The notes: generated from the sequence alone by a model not told the origin. 64,000 nt of DNA from Pseudomonadota bacterium (GCA_027623555.1 JAQBSZ010000003.1:115082-179081), one strand, 5' to 3'; counted from the stretch's first letter, positions 9,834 to 20,400 are shown. Translations and numbers: made by a program.

Positions 9834-11243
9834 CTACTGCTGTGCGGCCAATTCAATAACGATATCCCAGTTAAAACGTACGAAACGGTGCAATTCACTG
9901 ATCAGGATACGTTCCTGGTCACTGTGGGCTCCAAAACCTAATGCCGCGTCTTCAGTATCGATCGCTGGCCCGATGCCGTAGCACTGGATGCCAAGATTAC
10001 GCAGATAGGCCATGTCAGTCGCCCCGGTACTCATCGTCGGCAATGTGATCACCCCGTAGTGTTCATTGATACCTGACTCTATGGCGGCGAAAGCTGCCGT
10101 GTTCAGGCTTGCCTGACCACGGGGCCGGGTATTACGTGCCCCCAGGCTCACTTCCACGGCTGGATCATTCACCAAGCGACGAACCTCTTCCAGGAATTCG
10201 GGTATGTTTTCATCCGGTAGCGCGCGGAAATCGACGCTGGCGCGAGCTTCCGAGGGAATCACGTTAATCCGATAGCCGGCATCGAAAATATTTGGTGAGA
10301 GAGATGAACGCAGCATCGATGCATGTCTTGGCTCGTTGGTGAGGAAATACTCATCGGAATCACTGGCCCGACCCGGGTCCAGCACGTTCAGATAACGCTC
10401 CGCGGCCTCGGTTGGGGAAATTGAAGCAAGCCGCTCGAAATAGGCAGCCGTAGTTTCGTTCAGGCGAATTGGTGTACGCCAATCGGCGATAGCCGCCACT
10501 GCCTTCGCCAGTCGTGCTACGGAATTGGTCTGCAAGGGAACTGAACCATGTCCGGCCACACCTGTTGCCACCAGCTCAATCCGGTAAGGGATCTTTTCCA
10601 CCGTCTGTATGCCGGCATATTGGACTTCGCGATTTACCCTCGCCACAGACCCCCCCTCGGCAAGGCAGAACTCCGCATCGATCTTGTCAAAGTGTTCATT
10701 CACCATGAACTCGATGCCGTACTCGGTAGCGCCCTCTTCACCGGACTCGGCCAGGAAAATGACATCCCGCTCCAGGGGAACGTTCTGCCGCTTCAATTCC
10801 AGCATTACCATCAGGGCAGAAGCAAGATTGTCTTTATCATCCACTGCGCCTCTTCCATAGACGTAACCGTCATCGACAGTGGCGCTGAAGGGAGGAAATG
10901 TCCACTTATCCGGATCGACATTGACCACATCTGTATGGGCCATGATCAGCAGTGGTTCCTTATTGCCGTTACCTTGCAGTCGCGCCAGTACATTCGGTCG
11001 TTCCGGATCATTGAACAACACTTCAACGGGAATGCCCTCTGCTTCGAGTACATCACGCAGGTAATCCGCTGCCGGTAATTCTCTGCCCGGCGGATCGGAA
11101 GTATCGAATTGCAGGAGAGCACGAAAGTGTTCGAGCGTCTCAATTTCTACCTCCGCCCAATTCGGGTCGATCACTTGCGCCAGGGATGAACCGAGATAGG
11201 AAGAGAAGAAGAGTAATGAAGCTGTCGTGATCAGTTTTCGCAT
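9834..11243 (-). CDS. secreted M20/M25/M40-family metallopeptidase
   Basis: Signal peptide; MAHTDVV, GRGAVDDKD and ESGEEG motifs (metal ligands and catalytic Glu of the M20 family). 469 aa. Confidence 0.8.
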   Translation of the reverse strand: MRKLITTASLLFFSSYLGSSLAQVIDPNWAEVEIETLEHFRALLQFDTSDPPGRELPAADYLRDVLEAEGIPVEVLFNDPERPNVLARLQGNGNKEPLLIMAHTDVVNVDPDKWTFPPFSATVDDGYVYGRGAVDDKDNLASALMVMLELKRQNVPLERDVIFLAESGEEGATEYGIEFMVNEHFDKIDAEFCLAEGGSVARVNREVQYAGIQTVEKIPYRIELVATGVAGHGSVPLQTNSVARLAKAVAAIADWRTPIRLNETTAAYFERLASISPTEAAERYLNVLDPGRASDSDEYFLTNEPRHASMLRSSLSPNIFDAGYRINVIPSEARASVDFRALPDENIPEFLEEVRRLVNDPAVEVSLGARNTRPRGQASLNTAAFAAIESGINEHYGVITLPTMSTGATDMAYLRNLGIQCYGIGPAIDTEDAALGFGAHSDQERILISELHRFVRFNWDIVIELAAQQ

Positions 11244-11490
11244 GATCGTTCTCCATGCATTAAAAAAGTCAAAATGTGCTACAGCAAGATAACATTGCCG
11301 CTGCTAATTAGTAATATGACGCCCTGATTCCAGGCAGTAACCCTGCGAGTCTTAGCCAATAAAACCATCGCCTGCTCCTCGTTGTCTTTTTGTTTCTGGC
11401 TTTTATTAAGGGGGCTGGAAAGATTAAAGGGCCGTTGCTCCATTGTCCAGAGAGCTGAGCACGAAATTACGGGAGTTGCCGAGTGCTTGA

Positions 11491-12057
11491 CTATGTTTTG
11501 GTGCCTTGCCAGCGCGAAACCAGACCAGGGTCGAGGTCGAACAGATCAAGCACCCGGCCCACGTGATGATCCACCAATTCATCGACTGAACCGGGATTGA
11601 TATAGTGAGCTGGCATGGGTGGAGCTATGATCGCGCCTATCTGGCTGGCCTTGAACATGAGCTCACAATGTCCAGTGTGTAATGGCGTTTCCCGCGGCAC
11701 CAGCACCAGGCGCCGGCGCTCTTTAAGGACAACATCTGCCGCTCGTACAATGAGCGAATCTGCATAGGAATTTGCTATCGCGGAGAGTGTCTTCATCGCG
11801 CAGGGTGCGACAATCATGCCCGCAGTCTTGAAGGAGCCACTGGCAATATTTGCTGCGATGTCCTTATTGGAATGGACGTGGTCCGCCAGGGCCTTGACCT
11901 CGCTTGCTGACCACTTTGTTTCAATGGCGATGTTCATCTTCGCCGAAGCCGACATTACCAGGTGTGTTTCCACATCTGGCTCCTGCTTCAAGACCTCGAG
12001 CAGACGAATGCCGTAGATCACTCCACTGGCTCCGGACATTGCTATTATCAACCGCAT
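11491..12057 (-). CDS. ubiX: flavin prenyltransferase UbiX
   Basis: MRLIIAMSGASGVIYGIRLLEVL..., ...MVVAPCSMKTL-like (MIVAPCAMKTLSAIA). The start is taken at the internal ATG at 12057; the ORF-track start at 12114 adds a non-conserved 19 aa. Confidence 0.85.
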   Translation of the reverse strand: MRLIIAMSGASGVIYGIRLLEVLKQEPDVETHLVMSASAKMNIAIETKWSASEVKALADHVHSNKDIAANIASGSFKTAGMIVAPCAMKTLSAIANSYADSLIVRAADVVLKERRRLVLVPRETPLHTGHCELMFKASQIGAIIAPPMPAHYINPGSVDELVDHHVGRVLDLFDLDPGLVSRWQGTKT

Positions 12058-12238
12058 AACCGGTCTGCTCGCTACCATTGCTTTCGGGTTGACGATTGTT
12101 GCATCAATCTCCAAGCACTGGCAAGGAAATGCCGGCTCGGTTACATACTCAGCGCCGCCGTTCCCTTATTATTGGCAAGGACTGTCATCAACGAGTAACA
12201 TGACGCTACCCAATCATCCAACCCCAGATCGAAAAATC

Positions 12239-13501
12239 ATGAGCAAGGCAAATCTGTTTTATGCCCAGTCCGGAGGAGTCACGGCCGTTATCAATGCCAG
12301 TGCCTGTGGAGTCATTGAGACTGCGCGCCAACACCGGGACAAGATTGGCAAAGTCTACGCCGGTCTGAATGGTATCGTCGGCGCACTTAACGAAGACCTT
12401 ATCGATACCGGAAAGGAAAGCACAGCGACTATCGCCGCCCTGCGCTCCACGCCCGCTGGCGCTTTCGGCTCCTGTCGTTACAAACTAAGATCGTATTCTG
12501 AAAACCGCCGTGAGTATGAACGACTGATGGAAGTGTTCAGGACGCATAACATTCGTTATTTTCTCTATAACGGGGGCGGTGATTCTCAGGATACTGCCAA
12601 CAAAATTTCTCAATTTAGTCAGCAACAGGGATTCCCAATTGCCTGTATAGGTATACCCAAGACGGTGGACAATGATCTGCCGATTACCGATAACTGTCCG
12701 GGCTTTGGTTCTGTTGCCAAGTACGTAGCCGTTTCGATCAGGGAAGCTGGTCTGGACGTCGCCTCAATGTGTGAGAGTTCCACCAAGGTGTTCGTGATGG
12801 AAGTCATGGGTCGCCATGCCGGGTGGATTGCTGGCTCGGCTGGACTTTCGACAGAGCAGGATGGCGATGCACCGCACATTATCCTGCTCCCTGAGATCCC
12901 TTTCGACAAACAGAAATTTCTGAAGAAAGTCAGCGGCTGTGTTAAACGCTATGGCTACTGCGCCATAGTTGTATCAGAAGGCGCCCAGTACAAGAATGGA
13001 AAATTCCTGGCCGACGCTGGCGGCAAGGACGCGTTTGGCCATGTGCAGCTCGGCGGTGTAGCTCCGTTCCTTGCCAATATGATCAAGGATTCACTCGGCT
13101 ACAAGTATCACTGGGCGGTAGCCGACTACCTGCAGCGTTCAGCGAGACATATCGCATCCAGAACCGATGTGGAGCAGGCTTACGCGGTGGGCAAGGCTGC
13201 TGTCGATTTTGCCTTGCAGGGTAAAGACGCGGTAATGCCCACAATCATCCGCGGCAAAGGGAAGAAATACACCTGGCGTATCGGCGAAGCGAAGCTGGCC
13301 GATGTGGCCAACGTCGAGAAGATGATGCCGCGTAATTACATCACTCCAGATGGATTTCATATTACGGAGAAGGCGAGAGCCTATTTCGCGCCGCTGATTC
13401 AAGGCGAAGATTATCCTGCTTATAAGAATGGCATTCCCCAATACGCGCGCCTGAAAAAAATACTGGAGAAGAAAAAACTGCAGAAATGGAAGGCGGCCTA
13501 A
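12239..13501 (+). CDS. 6-phosphofructokinase (PfkA family; ATP versus PPi dependence not resolvable here)
   Basis: From the ATG at 12239: [25 protein letters not shown]..., [27 protein letters not shown], all PFK family motifs. Confidence 0.8.
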   Translation: MSKANLFYAQSGGVTAVINASACGVIETARQHRDKIGKVYAGLNGIVGALNEDLIDTGKESTATIAALRSTPAGAFGSCRYKLRSYSENRREYERLMEVFRTHNIRYFLYNGGGDSQDTANKISQFSQQQGFPIACIGIPKTVDNDLPITDNCPGFGSVAKYVAVSIREAGLDVASMCESSTKVFVMEVMGRHAGWIAGSAGLSTEQDGDAPHIILLPEIPFDKQKFLKKVSGCVKRYGYCAIVVSEGAQYKNGKFLADAGGKDAFGHVQLGGVAPFLANMIKDSLGYKYHWAVADYLQRSARHIASRTDVEQAYAVGKAAVDFALQGKDAVMPTIIRGKGKKYTWRIGEAKLADVANVEKMMPRNYITPDGFHITEKARAYFAPLIQGEDYPAYKNGIPQYARLKKILEKKKLQKWKAA

Positions 13502-14136
13502 GGCGCCAGCCGATCTATCGACCAACTGCCATCGGCTTGCAACGAGTAACGAAAGCGGTCGTGCAAGCGATTCTCACCACCCTGCCAGAATTCAATCTCG
13601 TGCGGACTAACTCGGTAACCCCCCCAGAAATCAGGAAACGGAACTTCACCAGCCCCGAACTTCTGTCTGAGAGATTCAAATTGGTTTAGTAGCAGCGTTC
13701 GGGAACTCAGCACCTTGCTCTGTGCAGATGCGATGGCGGCTATCTGGCTGTCGCGAGGTCTGCTCAGGAAATACTTGATTGACTCGGCTGTGGGAATTTT
13801 CGTGGCACTGCCACACACTTTTACCTGACGATCGGCATTGTGCCAGGGAAAATGCAGGCTAATTCGGGGATTACTCGCCAACTCCTCAGACTTGCGACTC
13901 CCATAATTGGTATAAAACACGAAACCGGCTTTATCGAAATGCTTCAACAGCACGATGCGCTGACTCGGCTGCCAATCGACGGAAACTGTGGCAATCGTCA
14001 TCGCCGTAGGATCGACAATTCCCAGTTCCTGCACCTGCTGCATCCATGTCTCAAATTGATCGAAAGGATCGTCCGCCAGATCTTCTCGTCGAAGCCCGTC
14101 CTTCATGTACTCACGTCGTAGCGATTCAAGATCCAT
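13498..14136 (-). CDS. pdxH: pyridoxamine 5'-phosphate oxidase
   Basis: 212 aa; ...[23 protein letters not shown]..., ...[15 protein letters not shown]..., C-terminal RLAP. Classic PdxH. Confidence 0.9.
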   Translation of the reverse strand: MDLESLRREYMKDGLRREDLADDPFDQFETWMQQVQELGIVDPTAMTIATVSVDWQPSQRIVLLKHFDKAGFVFYTNYGSRKSEELASNPRISLHFPWHNADRQVKVCGSATKIPTAESIKYFLSRPRDSQIAAIASAQSKVLSSRTLLLNQFESLRQKFGAGEVPFPDFWGGYRVSPHEIEFWQGGENRLHDRFRYSLQADGSWSIDRLAP

Positions 14137-14375
14137 TATTCGTTTCCGTTACAAAAAACTTGCGATGTCTAATAATGTTTTTGCTGATTAACTAAAATCT
14201 TCTCTAGCAATCAGTTAACTCGCGACGAACACTTTCTCAATAAACCTGGATTGATGCGAATAAAAACGTCGTAAGAGCAGCAAAGACGAGGCAAAAAACG
14301 GCGATTACGGCAAGTAACTAAACCGGGATGGGTAAGGGCTACTTTTTAACAAGGCATTTGTAAGCGCAACAAATT

Positions 14376-14993
14376 TTATCGGATGAAATCGCCGAAGTTC
14401 CAGGTCTGCGGTCTGGAATTCCCCGTCTCGTAGTAAAAGATTCCATCACCATGCTTTTCACTGGCAAAAAATCCTCCGACAAACTTCCGCCCGTTCGCCC
14501 ATCGATAAGTGCCCTGCCCCTGATAATGATCATTCACGAACTCACCAGTGTAGTTCTCGGTATTTTCCTTTAACCAGAACTCGGAATGTTCATTCTCGCG
14601 CCACTGGGGCAGATTGAAGAAATAAGAGCCTTGGCCGTTGCGTTTATTACCACGCCATTCACCGATATAGAGCTTGCCCTTGCCGTTCCAATGAGTGCCT
14701 CTGCCACTGCGTATGCCGCGATCCCAGTTTCCGGTATAAACAGCCTTGTTCGTGAATGAGATGGGAATTTCGAGTCGACCCTGCCCATGGAACTCACCGT
14801 TGGAAAAATTCCCTACATAGGAACCCTTACCCCATTGTGTTGCAAGCTCAAGCGTACCCAGGCCATTCGCACAGTCACCGCGAATGCAGACTTCATCGGT
14901 GACTTCATTGAGCGGCTGTGCTAAACCCGCAATAACCCAGCTTCCAATTGAGAGAAGCAAGAGCATTTTCGAAATCCTGAAAGCTAACATCAT
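14376..14993 (-). CDS. exported MORN-repeat protein
   Basis: Signal peptide plus five or more repeats of Y.G.(W/F)..(G/N)...G.G (YVGNFSNGEFHGQG, YTGNWDRGIRSGRG, YIGEWRGNKRNGQG, YTGEFVNDHYQGQG, FVGGFFASEKHGDG). Confidence 0.75.
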   Translation of the reverse strand: MMLAFRISKMLLLLSIGSWVIAGLAQPLNEVTDEVCIRGDCANGLGTLELATQWGKGSYVGNFSNGEFHGQGRLEIPISFTNKAVYTGNWDRGIRSGRGTHWNGKGKLYIGEWRGNKRNGQGSYFFNLPQWRENEHSEFWLKENTENYTGEFVNDHYQGQGTYRWANGRKFVGGFFASEKHGDGIFYYETGNSRPQTWNFGDFIR

Positions 14994-15146
14994 GTACTCG
15001 CTCTGAAATTCATTTTCATTCCCTGCTGGATTCAACCGCAGAGATGGGAACGGCTAATTATAACGCCATTGCAGTGAGCGTCTACAGGCTACCATCGGCA
15101 CACTACGACTTTTAAACTCTGGCTGTTTGGCCGTAGACTGTCCAGC

Positions 15147-15995
15147 ATGGGTAACAGCATGGAGTTTTGGCTGCTTGAAAATGGCTTCGGGAGGATAATC
15201 CGACAGGAGCCGCTCGGTGGGGGCTGCATAAGCGATTCTGCCCGCCTGATTATGGACGGTGGAGAGTCACTCTTTCTCAAGCAACATGAGGCTGCTCCGG
15301 AGGGCATGTTTCATGCTGAGGCCGCCGGGCTGGCCGCCCTGAGCAGGTGCGGGGCAGTGAAAATACCTCGCGTACTTCATGCTGAAGAAGACTTCATTCT
15401 ATTGGAAGATCTCGGCCTGGGGTCTCAGCGCCAGGACTACTGGACACAACTGGGCCGAGGTTTGGCGGACATGCATAGCCAGGTTCATCCGCAGTTCGGT
15501 TTCAGCATGGACAATTATTGCGGCTCGACTCCGCAACAGAATACACCCACTACTGACGGTTACACATTCTTTGGGGATTACCGCATCTTGAAACTGGCCT
15601 CACAGGCATTTCATCGCCACCTGCTGGACAGGGAAGATCTGAGTAAGCTGGAAACAATTGCCGCCTCTCTTGAGCGGTGGATTCCAGAGCAACCGGCCGT
15701 ACTGATTCATGGTGACCTCTGGTCCGGCAATGTGCATTGCAACGAGCAGGGAAATCCGGCATTGATCGATCCGGCTGCCCACTGGGGTTGGGCCGAGGCA
15801 GAACTGGCCATGACGGAATTATTTGGCAGTTTCGGTGCTGATTTCTATGCCAGCTATGCTGAGAACACCAACCTGGATAAGAACTGGCGTGAACGGGTAC
15901 CGATCTATAACCTTTATCACCTGCTGAATCACTTATTGTTATTCGGTGCCAGTTACCTCGGCGCCATTAGAACCATCACCCGCCGCTTTGCCTGA
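15147..15995 (+). CDS. fructosamine/ketosamine-3-kinase family protein
   Basis: 282 aa; ...GGGCISDSARL..., FLK, LIHGDLWSGN, AELAMTELFG. Fructosamine kinase (APH-like) family pattern. Confidence 0.8.
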   Translation: MGNSMEFWLLENGFGRIIRQEPLGGGCISDSARLIMDGGESLFLKQHEAAPEGMFHAEAAGLAALSRCGAVKIPRVLHAEEDFILLEDLGLGSQRQDYWTQLGRGLADMHSQVHPQFGFSMDNYCGSTPQQNTPTTDGYTFFGDYRILKLASQAFHRHLLDREDLSKLETIAASLERWIPEQPAVLIHGDLWSGNVHCNEQGNPALIDPAAHWGWAEAELAMTELFGSFGADFYASYAENTNLDKNWRERVPIYNLYHLLNHLLLFGASYLGAIRTITRRFA

Positions 15996-16002
15996 CTGGT
16001 TA

Positions 16003-16181
16003 GGGGACACTAATAGTTTAATAGCTAAACGATTTATCGACAGGCCAAAATTACTGAGCCATTACATGCATTTCTATAGGTCAGCAAAAGGTTTGAGGAT
16101 TAACTAGACAGCGAATTCTTTCCATTGTTCCTGGCACTTACAACGGAGAAATTTCTTAATCTATTAATCTATTAGTGTCCC
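16003..16181. repeat. MITE-like element with ~21-bp terminal inverted repeats (GGGGACACTAATAGTTTAATAG / CTATTAATCTATTAGTGTCCC)
   Basis: The left arm 16003-16024 and right arm 16161-16181 are reverse complements at 20 of 21 positions. The ~135-bp interior has no ORF. It lies in the 270-bp gap between the stop at 15995 and the start at 16266. Confidence 0.65.
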
Positions 16182-16265
16182 TAGCTACGCTAGCTACCGC
16201 ATACTCGACAGATGTCTCAACACAACTTCGAAGCTGTGAGACACCTTTTGTGTGAGTGAATAATC

Positions 16266-16742
16266 ATGAATATTAGAGATTATCGTTTAAGTGACAAAGT
16301 TCATCTAGTTGGATTGACTCTGCGGGCCTGGGAGCCAATTTTCCAAAAGCTGGAACTGTCGATGAGTGCCGAGATTTATGAAGTGTTCGTACCAAACTGG
16401 GAAAAAGAGCAACTGAGATCTATCAATCTGGTCTGTGAGTCGGCGGATATTAGAGTGATCGTTGCGGAAGAGGAGGAGGAAATTATTGGTTTTTCTGCCA
16501 TCAAATTTCATCCCGATGACTTTCTGGGTGAAATCTACATGATCGGAGTAGATCCGCAGCATCAGAGGCGCGGAGCAGGCAGTGCCTTAACTGCGGCATC
16601 CCTGGAAATCATAAAAAGCGAAGGATATAAATTGGCTATGGTTGAGACCGGGGGAGATCCCGGTCACGAACCGGCGAGAAGAGCCTACGAAAAAATGGGA
16701 TTCGAAGTCTGGCCTGTGGCGAGGTACTTGAAGAGGATTTAG
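16266..16742 (+). CDS. GNAT-family N-acetyltransferase
   Basis: QRRGAGSALT (acetyl-CoA binding Q/RxxGxG/A motif); 158 aa. Confidence 0.8.
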   Translation: MNIRDYRLSDKVHLVGLTLRAWEPIFQKLELSMSAEIYEVFVPNWEKEQLRSINLVCESADIRVIVAEEEEEIIGFSAIKFHPDDFLGEIYMIGVDPQHQRRGAGSALTAASLEIIKSEGYKLAMVETGGDPGHEPARRAYEKMGFEVWPVARYLKRI

Positions 16743-16764
16743 CTGTCTCGACAAGAATAATTGG

Positions 16765-16800
16765 AGAAAAATTGGGGAGCCACGGTAAAAGGGCTCCCCA
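16765..16800 (-). terminator. intrinsic terminator for the 16812..17546 gene
   Basis: 9-bp stem TGGGGAGCC / GGCTCCCCA (16773-16800) with a 10-nt loop. On the minus strand it is followed by AATTTTTCTCC. Confidence 0.5.
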
Positions 16801-16811
16801 CAGGGATTGTC

Positions 16812-17546
16812 TCAGGGTTTTCTGAATTTCAGCACGAAGCGGTCAGTGTTGCCCTGAACGCCAGGAGCGCCGACTTCCTGCGCAAGGTCATCTTCAGGGT
16901 GATAATGCATACCGCTGAAATCGACAAACTCAAAGCCAATGTCGAGCATTTCCTTAATGACCAGCACGGGGTCGAGACGACGTCCGACCGCGCGGGAGGT
17001 AGGCTGATTGTGTCGGCGGGTATGATCCACTGTTCCATAGATGCCGCCGGGTTTAAGTGCATCGAAAATAGCCTGATTCATGTTGGCACGCATTTCGACG
17101 TTGGGATTGTGCAGATTCCAGAAGGTCAGAACCATATCGAAGTCATCGGTTTCAAACTGGAACGGCGGTATATTATTCAATGCGATGGAGTCATTGATTG
17201 CGGTTACACAATTCAAACCGGGAAGTGTCATTACGTCATTTTTGAAACTATTGTTGACACCAACCGATACCACCAGCTCGCCACCATTGTTGCATAAGAT
17301 TGGGGCAACAAACTTCGTCCAGTAACCGGTGGCCGGAGATATTTCCAGCACTTTCATGTTGTCTTGTAACCCAAAAAATTCCAGTGCTTCGGCAGGTTTA
17401 CGATTCGCGTCGCGCGCCCGCTCGGCATCGCCCCTGATACTGCCTAGCAAATTTTGTTCAATTTTTGCGCGAGTAGCTGCCACATCAGCCGCCAGTAATT
17501 GAGAGCTGACCAACATCATGCCTACCAGGAGGACTATCACTTTCAT
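16812..17546 (-). CDS. signal-peptide-bearing class I methyltransferase-fold protein (paralog 1)
   Basis: Signal MKVIVLLVGMMLVSSQLLAA; KPAEALEFFGL...VLEISPATGYW (motif I-like); LKPGGIYGTVDH; C-terminal DRFVLKFRKP. Same family as 39134..39964 and 43966..44802. Confidence 0.65.
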   Translation of the reverse strand: MKVIVLLVGMMLVSSQLLAADVAATRAKIEQNLLGSIRGDAERARDANRKPAEALEFFGLQDNMKVLEISPATGYWTKFVAPILCNNGGELVVSVGVNNSFKNDVMTLPGLNCVTAINDSIALNNIPPFQFETDDFDMVLTFWNLHNPNVEMRANMNQAIFDALKPGGIYGTVDHTRRHNQPTSRAVGRRLDPVLVIKEMLDIGFEFVDFSGMHYHPEDDLAQEVGAPGVQGNTDRFVLKFRKP

Positions 17547-17917
17547 GTTTTCTCCTTGTGTAATTGCTGCTCACCAGCACGCAATATTCTGATCGTGTGA
17601 CAGTGAAGCCCGATTAAAGCAGAATTGGATATAAATGTTTATAAAAATCGGATTCCTGCTATTTCACGCGCAACATGATGTCAGTATATTTCTTGCGAGA
17701 TGATCTTTTTACCAGAACCCTTAGCGTGGCAGCAATGCGAGATGGCGAGATGGATGGTAAGATTCATGCGTCTTCATCAACTCCATTGTCCCGTAATGGG
17801 GAATAGAGTGAAAGATAGGGACACTAATAACTCGCAGGAGGCATTCGATAACAAATTCCATCCAAATTCAATACTGGGTTGTCTTGGAATTACAAATGGG
17901 ACTTTGAATTCCCAGAT

Positions 17918-19643
17918 TCAGTTCGCCAGTTGTGCACGCAATGCCTGAAATCGGGGATCGTCCCTGACCAAATCAAACATGAGCAGATTTACAACATTAC
18001 TCATGCTGGGGTTTCGCAACTCGACACCACGCCTTAGCCATTCAATGGTTTTTTCTCTGTCTCCGGCACGGGCAAAATGTGTTGCCACTTCAATGCTTCC
18101 GGTATTAGTCAGCAAAGCTTGCCTCTCCAGAACCAGTGCAACATTACTCATTGCCTGCTGGTAGCCCCCTCCTCGAGCCCGGTTTCCAGCGCAGCAATGC
18201 CCTGGGGATTGTTGGTCAACCGAAGTCAGTCTGCCTCCGCTTGAATGACCTCATCGAATGCTTCGATGACATGCAGGCAGGAAATTAAAGTTGGCAGCAA
18301 TGTCGGAAGGTTAGGGAACATCAAACGGGATTCACGCTGTACAGAGATCACGTCATTGCAGTTCCGTGCTCCCAACAATGCGGTGGCCAATACGTTCCGG
18401 TAAAAAGGATTATACGGGTCCAATTCTATTGCACGCCGCATGAATTCTACTGCCTGACCGTAGTCCTCCCTGATTAACTGTACATTTGCCAAGCCCGCCC
18501 AGGCATCTGGATAGCTGGGTTGTAATTCGACGGCACTACGCGCATGGGCTTCCGATTCGTCCAACTTGCCCTCCAGCCAGGCTGCTGACGAAAGTGCCAT
18601 GTGCACGGTTGGAAGTTCGTCTTCGATCATTCGTGCGCGTTCGGCACAGCCTCTTGCCAGCGGTGCCGCAACCTGGTTGGGTACTATTTGATTCAACGCC
18701 CTGGCCACCCAGGTCATACCAAGGCTGGCAAGGGGCAGTGCTGCATCAGTATCAATTTCCAGTGCCTGCTCGAAAAAACTTTCGGCTATTTCAAGCTCTG
18801 CCGGTGTCATGCGACTGAAATGTTGCATGCCCCTGAGGTAAGCATCATAAGCTGCCGGGTCGATCGCTTTACTGGCGTTGAGCCGCTCCTGTTCTTCGGG
18901 CGTAATCGTCGCCTGTATCTGGCGCGCGATCTCTTGTGCCATATCACTTTGTAATGTGAGTATATCGCTTATATCGCGATCATAAGTCTCAGACCAAAGG
19001 TGTTCGTCGGTTTCACTGTCTATTAACTGAACAGTAATGCGAACACGCTCGCTGGATTGTTGCGTAGACGCTTCAACAATAGCACTGGCCCCGAGTCTTC
19101 TGGCAATCTCGGGCAAGGACAAGTCTGACCCTTTGAACCGCATCGCCGAAGTACGCGAAATAACCCGGATCGATTCTATTTTCGCCAGGCTGGCTGTTAG
19201 CGCTTCCGTCATGCCATCAGCAAAATACTCATCATCCAAATCATCAGAAAGGCTCTGAAACGGCAGCACGGCGATTGACCGATAGTAGAGCGGATCTGAG
19301 TCCAGAATGTATTGATCGAAAACAACTGTCACCAGTGCGAGAGAAAGGAAGCAGATAATCGCAAAATCCAGTACACGACCGGAGGGGGCATGCCGGGTGG
19401 CTCTGAAGGTAAATCGGGTGTGCGTATGATGCCTTTTGGCGTGAGATCATAAACCCAGGCACAGACCACTACGATGGGAAACCCTAGCGCGAATGCAACT
19501 ATGAGTCCGCGTAAGATCAGTGGCGAGGCATCAAAAACCGGTACAACGGTGTCCGCAATCTGTACCACTAGCCAGGCCAAAGCGAGGTAGGCAACACTTA
19601 CCTTGAAGACATTGCGTCGTTGTATCTCGTTCCAAAATGTCAT
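17918..19643 (-). pseudogene. disrupted gene for a membrane-anchored TolB-like/TPR-repeat protein, split into three ORFs
   Basis: ORF 19329..19643 is the N-terminal FWNEIQRRNVFKVSVAYLALAWLVVQIAD membrane module. ORF 18226..19332 is the SIAVLPFQSLSDD TolB-like domain plus TPRs. ORF 17918..18151 is the typical C-terminal ...DDPRFQALRAQL tail. The second TM (RVLDFAIICFLSLALVTVVFDQ) continues upstream in the frame of the middle ORF, so a 1-nt frameshift lies between about 19370 and 19440 (G5 run at 19384-19388). There is an in-frame TGA at 18226-18228, and a further frameshift near the C5 run at 18165-18169. Confidence 0.65.
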
Positions 19644-20267
19644 CTATGGTTCCACCAATCAGTGGTGCAGGTTATCAAGGCATTTCTAGTTACCGCTGAT
19701 ACTTAAAGCAGCATACAGAGGGTTAGCCAATTTGACCCGAGCGTAGGCATTAAGGTACCGCTGTGTTGATTACATGTCCATTGCCAGAAGGAGGTCGGCT
19801 TAGCAATCGGGCGCTGAAAACGGATTAAAAGCCGGAGAATATGTAAAAGATGGCAGCCTATCTTGGAGCAACCTTGGCGATCTGCTTCTGCGCATCCATG
19901 CGCACAGGGAAAGAAGGGGCACTGTGTAGATTGGCATACCGAACGGCGCCACATGCTTGACAACCGGGAATCTTGCCTGCAGGAATTTCAGGGGGGACAA
20001 TTTTTTAGAAATAAAGACTGGCTAATTCTTAACAGACTTCCTCTGGAAATCTGCTCATCTTTGCAAAAATTTACAAACGGGAAGAATCCAGCAGGGAGGC
20101 ATCCCTGCTAAACGAGATGCGGTCGTCGATGCGAAATTCCAGAGTGTAAGTAGAATAAAGGCTCTCTCCGTCTAAGTCTATGCTCTCCTTTGCCTGAAAT
20201 ATTACCTTGCTAGCTCCAAAAACCTCGGGAATCTCCCTATATCTCCACGATATTGACTAATCTAGCC

Positions 20268-20361
20268 GAATAAAAGGGGACAGATTTATTATTGCGATGG
20301 GGATCCTTCAAACTACACTTAGTCAATAAAAGGGGACCGAGCTTAAAATAAATCTGTCCCC
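20268..20361. repeat. palindromic element with 15-bp perfect arms GGGGACAGATTTATT / AATAAATCTGTCCCC and an internal duplicated AATAAAAGGGGAC
   Basis: The arms at 20276-20290 and 20347-20361 are exact reverse complements. AATAAAAGGGGAC occurs at 20268-20280 and again at 20326-20338. Confidence 0.75.
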
Positions 20362-20400
20362 ATATTTCATATTTCACACGGTCAGGTCTACGAGCTTTGT

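Noticed and set aside
13498-13501. 4-nt overlap of the convergent stop codons of the phosphofructokinase and pdxH genes.
   Set aside because: Small convergent overlaps are common in compact genomes. Nothing else is unusual at the junction.
18226-18228. Selenocysteine or programmed read-through at the in-frame TGA (18226), and read-through at the TAA at 53506.
   Set aside because: The TPR-protein context is not a selenoprotein family. No obvious SECIS-like hairpin follows, and the same gene also has two frameshifts. TAA is not a recoding codon in bacteria. Simple inactivation or sequencing error is more parsimonious.
19644-20267. Riboswitch (cobalamin, TPP, glycine) or tRNA-like structure in the long non-coding stretch.
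   Set aside because: I could not find the conserved cores (B12 box, CUGAGA...ACCUGA, the glycine GGAGAG...CACCG motif) or a cloverleaf. There is also no downstream gene in the right orientation.
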